The position numbers were made by a program, and so were the translations under genes. Below, piece by piece: positions 1 to 12,569 of a DNA stretch of 64,000 bases. The first letter of the stretch is position 1; the number at the start of each line of letters is the position of its first letter. Source of the stretch: Chara braunii (Eukaryota > Plantae > Charophyceae); NCBI GenBank assembly GCA_003427395.1, contig BFEA01000025.1, positions 1,442,394 through 1,506,393 of the forward strand, in the 5' to 3' direction. The notes beneath the pieces are model-generated. The model made no database searches, was not told the DNA's origin, and was given only the letters and a program-made list of their open reading frames with translations.

Positions 1-261
1 AAAAAAATCTAACGAATAGTTTTTTTTTTTTTCCTAACTTGGATCACAAAATCCCCCCCCTTGATTTTTTTTATTTTTTTTTTAAGGGGGTGGGGCGGGG
101 TTTACGCAACCTCAATCAACTTTCAGAAACCCCGCCCCCCCTCCCCCCCATTGGCCGCGACGCGACCCTAAAGTCGTGCGGATGCGCGGCCATGGCTAAG
201 GGGTCGCGGCCCCGACCGAGACCCCGAATGACCGCCTGTGGGGGAGATTCATAGATATGGT

Positions 262-1380
262 CATCCTTCTATGAGCACCTAATGCAATACTACCAACAAT
301 CTGGTCAAATGATAAAAGTAGTTGGTGAAGGAATTTTATCCCTGTTATACAAGAAAGGGGACAAAATAAATATCAGGAATTACAAACCCATAACACTACT
401 ACCACTGATTTATAAAATGTTGACCAAAGCATTACCAAAGCGTTTTATACAGGTAATGATCGATATTATTCATCCTTCTCAATCACGATTCATTGAAGGG
501 AAAAATATACAAAATAATAAAATAGTATATTGTTAATTAATAAAATGATTAAGTTCTCAAGACAGAACCATTAAAACGCAGCATTTGTATTTATTGATTT
601 TGAAAAGGCGTATGACCATGTGGATTGATGCTTCCTTGATGTCTGTATGGAAAAATTTAACTTCGGTCCAAATATAAGAAGATGGATACAGATCCTTCAC
701 TACAATGCTACTACTTGAGTCCAGGTTAATGGGTTGTTTTCCCCAGAGATTCATCTTCAAAGGACAGTAAGGTAGGGAAACCCACTAGCTCCTTTTCTAT
801 TTTTGATCATTATGGAAGCTCTGGGAGCAAACATTCAAAGTAATCACAATCTAAGGCGTTTGCAGATCACAGGCATCCTAGAAGAAATTTTAATTTGTCA
901 TATGTTTGCTGATGATCTAACAATTATGATGGAGGCTTTGTCAGCCAATATGAAAGAGATAAAAACTCTTATGGATAAATTTTCCTTAATACCAAATATG
1001 GCTGTTAACTGAGGGAGTAAAACGCAAGGTTGGTGAATTTACTCTAATGGAGACAGACCCCCAGAAATCCCAAGAGTGAAATGACTTTCACTTTAGACCT
1101 CAATCAAAGTATTAGGGATAATGCTCATAACATAAGGAAACCCTATTACTAATGATGTATGAATATCTACTCGGGCATTGGAAAAAATGAAGCAATGGAA
1201 GCATCAACATACATCCTTGTTTGGAACGACTTTTTCAATCAATATTATGGTATTGGCATCTATATGGTATAAGTCAGCAAATGGTCTTTAGGTAAGGGAC
1301 CTGTTAAGAGTCTTACAAAACAGATAACAACCTTTCTTTGAAAAGGAGACCATCAGTCCCAAGGCCATGAGATCCACCAT
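262..1380 (+). pseudogene. Degenerate non-LTR (L1/Tx1-like) reverse transcriptase fragment
   Basis: Broken frames give LLYKKGDKINIRNYKPITLL..IIHPSQSRFIEGKNIQNN, IDFEKAYDHVD, *GNPLAPFLF and MFADDL, i.e. LINE RT motifs, with many stops and frameshifts. Confidence 0.85.
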
Positions 1381-2613
1381 CTTGCGACTGCTACTTAGTG
1401 TTTTTATTTGCTCAAGTCATATGCACTATTTTCTAGTGTCTTGGGTGAGCTAAGATCCTTTTTCTTTTGGCTTAGGTACCCCCATTCAGTCCGTTATTTC
1501 TCGGACTGCCATAATGACATTTTTCCTAGCCTCATGACCCACAACATGCCTTAAACTGAAACCAAGTGCAACGGTCAACTCCCAAGTGCATCCGGACTCA
1601 ATATTGGTTCCGGGTAGATTTAAAGCATGTGTTTCTCCTCCCGGTACCTCCCCCATGCAATCCGTTGTATCTCGGTTGCATGGGGCCTTCTTTGCAAAAT
1701 CAAAAGAAAATCAAGATACGTTGCAACCGCCATATCCTAGGGTGTATTTGGTCACAGATGCATCTCCCCAAGTGATCGTTTTTTACCGTTAATTTTTTTT
1801 TTTTTTTTTTTTCATATTTAGACTGTAAAAACCTGCCAATCCCTACTTGTGTCAGTCCCTACTGACGGCCAACTCACTCACTCACTCTCACTCCTTTTGT
1901 CTTATTCTCTCACCTTTTTCTTTTATTTTTTGTTTCTTTTTCTAGCATGTGAAGTGTCAACAAGCCGTTAAGGTTTTTTCTAGGCCCTTCCGCTTAGTTT
2001 TGGCCCTTCCTATGCCCAATGTGCAGTCCGTTATTTCTCAGACTGCAATTGAGGCTCCCCCATGCCTATGGAAGCCTCCTTTTGCCTCCCTTTCTTCCAA
2101 ATTGTGGACCCCTTTGCTCCGATTTTCTCCCGGGAGCCTATTTTTTACATGGAGCCTCCTTAGGCTCTATTTTCCTCCACGTGGCTAGTTCATGATATTT
2201 TGGATTGCTGTCGTGCCTCTTCCCTTGCTTTCTTTTGTTTTATTTTCTCCTTTGGCCCTCTCGTTTGGCTCCACTAGTGTTTGCACTAGTGGTGCTAATA
2301 TTCTTGGTCGTTTAGATCTTGATCTTGGCGGGACTACTTGCCTTGGGCATGTTTTTTTCATGGGCCTTCACAACTTTACCTTGGGACATCAGAAGTCCCC
2401 ACCACTTCCGCACTAGTCTCCGACACTTGTCCAGCCGGAGGTCCCGCCGACACTCGGCCCCAAAATGCCATTATCTTTACTTAGTCCTATATGGTCCCGA
2501 CATTTTTCCTTGCGGTCTCCCGGTCTCCCGGTCTCTCTTGGCGATTTCCACCCCATGGTTGCTCCCCTTCCTAGTCTCAGTCTATGTCCCACCCGTGCCG
2601 GTTTCTCCGGCCT

Positions 2614-3999
2614 TGTGACGCACAACCTCACGTCTAGCGCGACTTCCTATTTCGGAGTGTTAGTGGGCCTGCAAGTGTGAATAGGGGTGTGCGAAGGATT
2701 TTAGGAAAGTGGGGAAGGAGTCCCAGGTCGGAACTGAAATCTCCGGCGTCAAGTTTCAGGGGTAGGAGTGCAAGAGTCTCGTTTTTGTTCAGAATCGGGG
2801 CGATCGCCGATCTCTCGACCTAAGTCGGGGACGTATCTGATGTATAGGCGGAACGCTATGAGTATCTCTCTGAGAGCACATGTACCGCCGTCGGCCAATG
2901 CATGTATCAGAGTCTCATTAGGACGGTCGTAGTCGGAGACTGTGTTCCCGAAGCTTTGCTTCGGAGTGGGTTCGTCGGATGTAACAAGCTATGGAGTCCC
3001 ACAGAACAACCGTTAGGTGATGATACGGGAGAAGGATATAATAGGGAGGAAAACGGGTAGTAATTGTGACGAAGACAGGGGTTAGATAATACTGTCTATT
3101 GTGGGTGTCGGGATAGTCTGAAATCCGAGAATCCTTATTTATGGCCCACAGGAAATCGCCCCCACACAGGCGATCGTTCTCAGTCTGACAGGGGTAGTCA
3201 GGATTCTATTACTTTCGTCGTCGCCTAAGTTGTTCCCTCTCCCAATACATTCGATACTCTGAGTTCCTTAGGCTCTTGCGGTCGGTGACCTAAAACGGAG
3301 TTTCCACCGCCATTATGCGTCATATCCTACTCAATGGACAGTAATTACATTCATTTCCTGACGAAGCGATATCAAAACAGGGCTTATGCAGACGCGCGTG
3401 TATGTTGCAGACACCGCTGCCGGACTTGTTGTCATACACGGACGCTTGCACAGGTAGACTGCTCAGATCCTATCTTGTCCTACGGATAAGCCGGTGGTAG
3501 TCGCTTTTGTCTGTGTGTCAGTATATCCCGTATCATCCGTATGCATGCAATTATCCTTCTCATGCAACCATCATCATTCCAAGTGAGATCCAACAATACA
3601 TACGTGTCCATACCATCATGCAACAAAGAAGCGATTGTCCAGCATTAAGGACCAATACATCAGATCATTCCTGTAATTATGCATGAACTAAGAGCAATCG
3701 GTCAGGCAAGGCATGCGCAGTGGGTATATCCGACCCGATCCGGGCCGATCCGGGGGAACCGAAACCTCTCGGATCATTGTGCACGCAACATAGATGGCTT
3801 AACAAAACAAAATTAGAAATCGGAAACAACTCGGGAAAGGAGACATGAGTTCGTTCATCAGCATGCATACATACATACAAAACAGAAAATCCGAGATGAT
3901 TGACAAAAAAATCCGAAACTGCCGCAACAAAGTTGGCCAATGTTGGAGTCAAAGTTTCACAGAAGGTGGGAAGAAAGGCATTGTTCCACCATATCCCCA

Positions 4000-4078
<79 letters not shown>

Positions 4079-5062
4079 ACCTTTCTGGTGTGGGCAGTCC
4101 GTCGCCCCGCACCTCCAAACCATACAGAGTCGTCACCTCGCTTGGCCCGAGCATGCAGGCCAGACTCGCCCACGTGCCACAGTCCTTCGCGACCACACGT
4201 CATCCCCGCATACCCAGCACCAGCTCGTCGGGTTGCCCGACTCTCTACTCACCGTCTTTCTGCTCGTTAGCAGATCCTCTCGACCGCGCTAACTCCCAAG
4301 TAGATTAGAGAGTCAATTAATCTCGCTTGCAGAATTTATAGCTTATGCATCCGCGCGCAATAACTGGGATTGCCAAATAGGAATAGGAGAAAAGAAGGAG
4401 GCAGTGCCTACGACTGCATGGCTGGGCCCCGGCGTGGGGAACATAGCCTCACTCCACGCTTCGATCCAGTCATGCACCGATCTGGCCAATGAGATAAAGA
4501 AGGGAGAGCGCAGACAGCAACCCAGGAAAGAATATAAAAAAATGAGAGATTACAATTACATCTGTGTAGGCAAAGAAAGAGCAAGAAGAGATTACAGTTG
4601 AGATTGGAATTTAGGCGCGGCGGAAACAGAGCGCATACCCAGGCGCAGCAAAGGAAGCGATGTGCAGTTACATGCAAAAATTACGAGACACCCAATTTCC
4701 TAGTCTAATTAAGATCCTAATTGCAAAAAGGACTTTCGAGAACCCGTGCAGGCTCATCCCCAATTCAAAAATCCCGAAGGAATTCCCTGCGCGAGTGCTG
4801 CGCCAAAAAGATGGACTTCTGTCAAAAAAGAAAGAAAAGAAAGAAAAGAAAGAAAAAGGACATATCAGACATTGTTCCCCGGTGCTCACTAAGGCGCGAG
4901 CCAACTTCCCCGAAGTTCCTAACCACCGCCTCCCTTCTGTCGAGGGACCAAGAACAAAACCAAGAACGAGGGACTGCCATGCAATTTATCCCCGACCCCC
5001 TCCATGTACCCCCAATCCCAGTTGCACAGAAGATGACGCTTATCAGAAAAGAGCTCGTCGCA
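2614..5062 (-). repeat. 3' LTR of the Gypsy element, with internal (CT)n microsatellite
   Basis: Colinear with 13849-16379; starts TGTGACG and ends CGTCGCA on +. Confidence 0.9.
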
Positions 5063-5973
5063 TATGTGACGCCCAGGGCGGTCCATCCTGTGCAAGCTCC
5101 CGCTTGCACACATATCTCCCCGAAGCCGGGAAGAAGAAAGAAGAAGAACTCGTCATTTCGCAGCGATGACATGTGTCATTGCTGTAGGATAAGAGTATGG
5201 AAGTCATCCTGTGGACATGTCGTGATTCTCATACCCACTTTTAATGTCCCGAGGGAGGAGGGAAAGAAAGTCTGAATACAAAGGCGGGGGGTGGGGGATG
5301 TTCACTTGGAAGTGCGGGCAAGTTCGCCATCCCTGCTACCGTCCCGGGAAGCTCAAGGTATCTGATGGTGCAGTGTATGTGAGGGAAGCGATGACTGCCA
5401 TGAGGGAGAGAAGCAATGTAATCGGGATAGAGAGTTGAAAAGGTGCGAAACAAGGCCGCGCGGAATTGCTCGTGATCTGCGCAAACGGGAATAGTTCCAG
5501 TGATCGCGCAGTAGATCTCGATCACGTTATAACCCCTCCACGTGGCGCTGAAAAGGAGGACGTGAAGGCAAAAGGATAGGGAGACACACTGGGTAGTGGG
5601 ATGCGGGTACACTACGACGACAAGGCGAGTAGCGTAGAATTGGTAGAAGAGAGAAGATGGGAAGGAATTTTGGGGGAATGAGAGCGGGGTGTCGAACTGC
5701 TGGAGTGTGAGGTAATCAAGGGGACGGCGAGATAATAACCGGGGACGTAGCCCGATGTCCCGCATCGACACGTGCTTGAACTGAGGGATGGGGGGAAGGG
5801 GAGGGGGAGCGGGTCCGTTGCCTCCGTGTCGGCGCGCTCGAAGTCTCTGCAGCACGACACTCATCTTCTTCCGCTGGCGGCTCCAGATCTCGAGTCAGGT
5901 CGTCTGGAATTGGCAGATCGGTTCCCACTAACTGCTCCAATGGCCGCTTTCCCTCGGCTATTTCTGCCCTCCG

Positions 5974-6801
5974 TCACTCCGCTTCCGCATGGTCTTCTCT
6001 TTGCGTCTCCGCCTGTCCCACCTCTTCCCCCTCACTTGCTCCCTCCGCTTCTTCTTCTTCTTCTTCTTCTTCTTCTTCTTCTTCTTCTTCTTCTTCTTCT
6101 TCTTCTTCGCTTATCGCCCCCGACTCGTGCTCACTATGCTCGCTATAATATTTGTCCTTCCCGGGGGTATCTTCTGATTCGTCCTCCTCCTCCTCGTCTT
6201 TTTCCTTTTCGTCTTCTTCCTCTTCGTCTTCCGACGTCGGCTCGCCCCGATCAAAAAAGAGAATATCGATTATCTCCGCGGGGTTCAGGTAATTACCGTA
6301 CGACGGGTAATTACGGTTGTCCCAATTGCCTTCCAAGCACGCCGACCAATGTAGGTACGACGTCAAGCTGCGCGAAAGAATATGCGGCGCCGGACTCTCG
6401 TCGTAGTGTGAGACGATGTCGATCGGTAGATCGTCCAACAACTGAGTTAGAAGGATTAAAAGCTCTCCTACGATCGACTGCCAATGTGCCACCTCCACCG
6501 TTCCGAAAATGAATCCTAACAAATCTCCCTCTACCTCCATCCTCCAAGCTTGAATGGTGAACAATTTCACGTCTTCGATCACGTCGTTATGCTCGCTGTC
6601 CCGGGTCGACTTCAGTTCGATCTCAACTAAGCATAGAGAAAGAGTCGCATAGGTTCGCGACCACCTCTGCCACTGTACGGGCTTGATAAGAGGAACTGTC
6701 AATGGCCGCACGCAAAAAGAGAGACGGGGATGGAGCGCCGACTTCCAGAAGACAGGGAAGACAGAGAGGAGGCTGAAGGTAGAGAACCTGTGATGGTTCA
6801 T
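5974..6801 (-). CDS. Extra ORF 3' of pol, unknown function, acidic C-terminus
   Basis: 275-aa open frame with a globular-looking N-part and a (GAA)n-encoded poly-Glu tract, in sense orientation between integrase and the 3' LTR. Confidence 0.5.
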   Translation of the reverse strand: MNHHRFSTFSLLSVFPVFWKSALHPRLSFCVRPLTVPLIKPVQWQRWSRTYATLSLCLVEIELKSTRDSEHNDVIEDVKLFTIQAWRMEVEGDLLGFIFGTVEVAHWQSIVGELLILLTQLLDDLPIDIVSHYDESPAPHILSRSLTSYLHWSACLEGNWDNRNYPSYGNYLNPAEIIDILFFDRGEPTSEDEEEEDEKEKDEEEEDESEDTPGKDKYYSEHSEHESGAISEEEEEEEEEEEEEEEEEEEEAEGASEGEEVGQAETQREDHAEAE

Positions 6802-7248
6802 TAAGGACGCGAGAAAGCGACGAGCGCAGGGAGAGGTACTGCGAGATTTTTTCGGAGAGCACGGATGTCGTCCAGGTCAATACTATTAGTATTGACGATG
6901 TTTTTCCCCCACCGCGCAAGCAGCTCACTCCAGGATTTTGCCAACTCCTCTCCTCAATCTCGCAACGAGACGAGGATGCCCGGATGCGCCCTCAGATCCA
7001 CGGTAGTGATGTCTCCGCTGAAGGAGACAATTGTCGAAATGTGGTTGGTTCCTGGCGCCGAGAGTTGCAGATAGGCTGATGCTTGGGCCAGTTCCTGCGC
7101 GGCTGCGCCTTGCTGTTGGGTATCACGAATCAGAACTCTGCTGCCGCATGCACACTCGCCGTGCTGAAAAAATGAGCAAATCTGATGACGTCCGGACTGA
7201 TATGCGGATGATGAACCTGCCTGATCACCGAGATGTGCCCGCGTGGTG

Positions 7249-8910
7249 CTAGCATCCGCTCACTGAGTACTTGCTCCGTGGAAAAACTCGTGGCGAAGAG
7301 GTGGGAGAAGATGAGTGGGGCGAAGAAAGAAAATGTGGATTGTCACTTTCCCCCTCGGGCTTAGATTTCGAAGGCGAATCAGTTGGAGAGGGAGGGTAGG
7401 AAGCAGGGAGATGGCCAAGATAGGATACGTGGCAGACTATGGGTCTAGCAGATCGGCTACCTAACACTTCGGGAGCGAGGTTCAGAGTGTTCACACCGTT
7501 CGGCCCGAGCTCGATTACTCGAAAGCACCCGAAGAATCGTGGCGCTAGTTTCCCTTGACAAGCATATTTCCTCACCTGCACCAAGTCCCCCAATTTATAC
7601 TGGGGTCAGGGACCTACATTCCCTTTTCGGGCCTCATAACTACGGACTTGGCGGTCGTGGGCCAATTCAGTCATTCTCTGCCTTTTTTGGGCCAATCTCG
7701 GAAGGGTCTGTCCCATCAGTTTTAAATGGCGTCTGACTTTTTCCTTGGCTATCGCTCTCGTCGGACGTCGGCCGAGTGTTGTTTCACCATTTAGGTTCGG
7801 TATCGCGACGCAGGCTAGTTGGTTCGTAGTTGAAATGGCAAAAGTCCCGTAGACTCATGCAGGGTCCCTCGATGTATGGCCAGGATATTATCCACGATAT
7901 CAGGCCACTGCCGCGTGTCCTTAGCGGCGATATTCTGTCGGAGTGCCATTTTAATTACTCGGTTGGCGTNNNNNNNNNNNNNNNNNNNNNNNNNNNNNNN
8001 NNNNNNNNNNNNNNNNNNNNNNNNNNNNNNNNNNNNNNNNNNNNNNNNNNNNNNNNNNNNNNNNNNNNNNNNNNNNNNNNNNNNNNNNNNNNNNNNNNNN
8101 NNNNNNNNNNNNNNNNNNNNNNNNNNNNNNNNNNNNNNNNNNNNNNNNNNNNNNNNNNNNNNNNNNNNNNNNNNNNNNNNNNNNNNNNNNNNNNNNNNNN
8201 NNNNNNNNNNNNNNNNNNNNNNNNNNNNNNNNNNNNNNNNNNNNNNNNNNNNNNNNNNNNNNNNNNNNNNNNNNNNNNNNNNNNNNNNNNNNNNNNNNNN
8301 NNNNNNNNNTTATCCACGATATCAGGCCACTGCCGCGTGTCCTTAGCGGCGATATTCTGTCGGAGTGCCATTTTAATTACTCGGTTGGCGTTTACTACGA
8401 GGCCACTCAACTAAGACATATGGGGGGCGGTATTACGAATAGAGACCCCATGTAAGACCAGATTCCTCATGGCTTCCCCTCAGAATTCTGCTTCATTGTC
8501 CGTAAGGATTTCCTCGATATCCTTATGCATCCCGAGGAAACGGTTGACATACCGCACTATTTCTGTCATCTGTCTTGTCCGACATGGTCGACGAACACCA
8601 AAAGAATTAGATACTCACAGCTATTCGGTCCAGGGGGCACGACGATATCCGTCGTATCCATGCTAACCCGCTGAAATGGCCGTTGGACTACCGTGGGGAC
8701 TATCGACCTAGGTGGCTGAATCAGCGCCTTGTCTCCCGCACTTACAGGAATTTTTTTAACAATAAATTTAACATCGTCCCTAATATTGGACCAGTACCAC
8801 TCATTTTTGTCGATGGCCGCCTCGATAATTCTAACAGCGAAATGTGATGTTGTTTCCTCGTGGACGGATTTCACCCAGTCATACCTCATGAACGGATGCC
8901 GTACCGACAT
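7249..8910 (-). pseudogene. pol: Integrase (zinc-binding region, DDE core, GPY/F-like C-terminus), split by an assembly gap
   Basis: VHEETTSHF..WYWSNIRDDV, RPFQRVSMD, ILTDNEAEF, NANRVIKMAL, GDLVQVR..KLAPRFFGCFRVIE. Confidence 0.85.
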
Positions 8911-9153
8911 TTAGATCCAGCTTCCGTTGGTTTTTCGCTTTTCTAACCGTCCTCCGTTCCACCTATAATATCGTGCTCTTTCATTGGCCCGTCTCCGATC
9001 CTCCTTACAGAACTCTTGGAGAGAATTTGAGACAATCGTAGTTATTAAGGTGACATATGTCCACACCTCTGCTCGTCTAAATAGTCGAATCTTGTCTAGA
9101 CCTTGCGATGTTACTTCCAGGATTCGAGCGTCCGTTGGGATCTTATCAGTACG

Positions 9154-9315
9154 ACACAGAGGGCAGAGCCATAGCTTCCGGGGATTCCTATGCTGGATGC
9201 ATGCCCCGTGGGCTCTCGCTACACACTTAGCACAGTCAACCCATTCCACGTATCCTTCGCCTTGTGGCTTCATAGACACTGAATAAACTCGATAGATGGA
9301 CTCACAAAGAAAACA
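9154..9315 (-). CDS. PHD finger (C4HC3) within pol, between RNase H and integrase
   Basis: CFLC..WVDCAKCVARAHGAC..WLCPLC in ORF 8911-9411, in the same frame as the following integrase ORF 8566-8910. Confidence 0.8.
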
Positions 9316-9578
9316 AAAACGGTCCGGTAGGGGAGGCAGGGAGGAAGAGGAAGGAGAGAGTGGGCCCTCAGTGTTTCCTTCTCCTTGGGCCGCCATGAGG
9401 ATACATGTCACTTCTTCGCCTACTGGGGGAGCACCTTCATCTGGCTATATCCGGACCCCTTGGGCAGCTCCGGCTCCTTCCACGGGTGATCTCCTCGCAA
9501 CGCGACACCTTGCCTGGTCTGTGCAGATACGTTTGCCTGTCCGCATTCTCGTGCGTCTCTTTCTTCCGATGGACGATA

Positions 9579-10850
9579 TCAAAACTCGTACTCTTGCAGC
9601 CTTACTGCCCATCGCCCAATCATACCCATGTAGTTGATGCGCTTCTTGAGTGTCAGCAGGGGCTCGTGATCCGTTACGAGGAGGAACTTCTGCCCATAGA
9701 GATACGGGTGGAAGTGCTGGATTCTCCAGACTACAGCATAACCTTCCCCTTGGGGCGCCGAGTCATTCTTCCTTTCGTTTGGTACCGTCTGAGAAGCATA
9801 CTTGACCACGTGTCCTCGCCTGTCCTTTCCTTTCTGAGCTAGGATAGCGGAGATTGCTTCGGGCCGCCAATCGGTAATGAGTAGGAACTGTCGCTCGGGA
9901 TCGGGCCGAATTAAAATAGGTATCGAGGCCAGGGCCTCTTTCAGAGTGGAAAAAGCCTGTTCACACTCCGCGTCTCAGTTCAGCGGCTGGTCCATCCGTA
10001 TGAGGTTCGTCAGAGGCCAAGCAATTGCCACGAATCCCTTGGTGAACCGTCGGTAATACGAGGCCATTCCCAGAAAGGCTCGAACCTGCGTCAGTGACGT
10101 AGGCGTGGGCGCCTCCCGGACCACCTCGACTTTCCTCGAATCCGGTCTCAAGCCCCCTCGGGTTACCATGTATCGAAGGAACGAGATCTCAGACAAAAAA
10201 AAATCGTTTTTCTCCAACGCGATCTTGAAGCCAACGTCCCGCAGCGCTCCAAGTGTCCATTCGATATGTTGCGCGTGTCCATGGAACGACTCAGAATTCA
10301 CCAAAATGTCGTCCATGTGCATAATAACGCAAAAATTGATCATTCCCAGAGCCAACTGGTTTTTTTTAACGAAGTTCTGAAAAGTGACATTCATCCCTCT
10401 CTGGAACGTCACCGGTGCATTGTATATGCCCATCGAACAACGAACCCACTGCCACGTGTCGTCAAACAACACAAAGGCCTTCTTTGGTCGGTCCTTTTCC
10501 CTTAACAGGATATGGTGGAATCCATGCCGAATATCAAATTTACTAAAATAATTAGCACATCCAATCGCATCCAGCAAATCATCGATTCGGGGGAGAGGGT
10601 ACACATCCTTAATCCTGATATCGTTTAGTTTCCGATAATCAATGCAAATGCGAATAGATCCGTTCTTCTTCAGAACTAAGACCACCGGAAAGGACCAAGG
10701 ACCTGTGGCGGGTTCGATCCAACCATTGGCTTCGAACTCGCGGATGCTCTCTAATGCGGCCTTCCGTTCCGCGAGTGAGTACCGGTAAGGCTTGCAGTGG
10801 ATCGGTGGGTGGTTACCGATCCGAATCTCGTGTTGTATGATCAGGGACAA
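9579..10850 (-). pseudogene. pol: Gypsy reverse transcriptase and RNase H, with stops and frameshifts
   Basis: IRICIDYRKLN, YPLPRIDDLLD, FSKFDIRHGFH, HMDDILV (YxDD site), VRAFLGMASYYRRF; RNase H FHPYLYGQKFLLVTDHEPL..GRWAVRLQEY. Confidence 0.93.
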
Positions 10851-11621
10851 TCCGATGTCTGCATCCTTGATGCTAATGGCATCCCGATATTCAGGCAGAA
10901 TATCCGCAATTAGTTGGTAGGTTTTGTCGGACAGTCACAGCACGCATTCTGACACGTGTAATTCATAGGGTTGTTCGTGAATGATGACCGACATGTGTTT
11001 AGTGCGTATCGCTTTCGTGTCTCGGGGTGGTGGGGAAGAGATAAAAGAGTTATCCGACCGCCACGAGAATACGGTGGCCACCATCTGAGCCTCTTCTTCT
11101 TGGATGGCCACGTGGTCTTCGGGGGTTATCCCGTCCTCAATGCCCCTAAGGTCCACCAATTGTTCCACGATTTTTATCCCAATCTCGAATAGCGAGGCTT
11201 CGGGGTACCCAGGGGGTTCTGAAGCCTGCGTTTCCACTCCTAGGCGCAGTAATCGTACCTCCTTTTCCATGGTGAAAAGCGATCGGGGAGGTAAGTTTGT
11301 AACATCGCAAAACGAGCATTTGTCCAGGTATCGTGGCAGCAATGGGGCAGCTCCTTCGTACAAGGTTCGAGGGGGTTCCGAAGAATCGGGCATCCTCGAC
11401 ACATGTACTAGCGGCTCCCCTATGACAAGGGCCCGGGTCCGTCAGGCTTTCTCCTCGGTAAGCCCGAACGCCTTTGTCGTTTTCTGTCGGACTGGGTAAC
11501 TGATTACCTTCCGCGTCAGCTTTTGGATCATCGGGTCTGTCTCTTCTTCACTTTCCGTCGTTTCCGAGTCCTCAGGAGGTGAGGACATTTGTTCCTCGCT
11601 GGATGTTTTCGAATCGTCAGC

Positions 11622-12146
11622 CTATCCCTCCCATGTGATTATTCGGATCGGCCTAACTTTATCCGGATGGGCTCTACGTGTCGAGCCGACCGTCGTGCGG
11701 AGGGTGAGACGCATAGGGATTGTGTATGGCTTGCCACCCGTGCTTTTGAGAACTATTACCCGTCGCTCGAAGTTTAGGTTGGCCTGAAGGGCGTTTAAGG
11801 CGGGTAGTCCCAGGAGTACATCGTACGAGTTTACGTTGAGGACCAATACATCTCCCAAGGCGTGGACTTTTCTCAGTCTAAAAGTGACATTTGTCATTCT
11901 CCCGACCGCTCGGATCTTTTCTTCGTCTGCAAAGACCAAACGGTCTCCCTTGGTAAGTGGAATCAGATCTTTTCGTCTCCTTGCCCTCTCTACTACTCGT
12001 AGGGATGTGGCTAATATGGCTGCTCCAGAGTCGATGATTGCATTGTAGGGGACTCCCCAAATTTCCACGTCATATTCAACAGATTTCCATGGGATGGCTT
12101 TGATACGCAAAAAGTGATCACTTTTTTTAATGAGCCCCAGGTGCAC
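11622..12146 (-). pseudogene. pol: Retropepsin aspartic protease
   Basis: AIIDSGA catalytic motif and YDVLLGLP. Confidence 0.85.
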
Positions 12147-12569
12147 GAGTTCTGAGGTTCCCGGTGCGTAAGGTTCTGCTTCTTTCGTAGGGGCTTTCCC
12201 CTTTACCGTTGCCAGCTTGGCGAGTGCGAACCGTTTCGATTGGCTTTACAGTGCTGCAGCATGCGACGGTTAGCTTGTTCCGATATAGATAGAAGGTGCC
12301 CGATCGGGAGTGGGATGCGGTGATCTAGTGCTCGAATGATATCGAGCACATCGATCTCCCCGGTAATGAACGCGGGACCACCAGACTCCATTTCACTGGG
12401 AGATGGTCTGCATTCCGAGACCTCTCGTTTCTCGTTCGCCGGCTGGATTGCCCCAATCATGCCCAACCCCAGATATCGCACGGATATCAACTGATCGAGC
12501 GGGATAAGCTTTGCGGCCTCTTCAGCGACGACCGCTGCAGACACGGCCCCGTTGGTTTCTTCTACCATC

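Noticed and set aside
3677-5275. ORFs in the LTRs (poly-ER/SL, KKEKK-rich), repeated at 15-16.6 kb and 35-36 kb
   Set aside because: Products of (CT)n and A-rich LTR sequence; frames are not conserved between copies
5772-6512. 246-aa plus-strand ORF (also 30341-30946 and similar)
   Set aside because: Antisense shadows of repetitive minus-strand coding sequence
7886-8390. ~80-bp direct repeat inside the integrase
   Set aside because: The identical copies flank an N gap, so most likely an unmerged contig overlap
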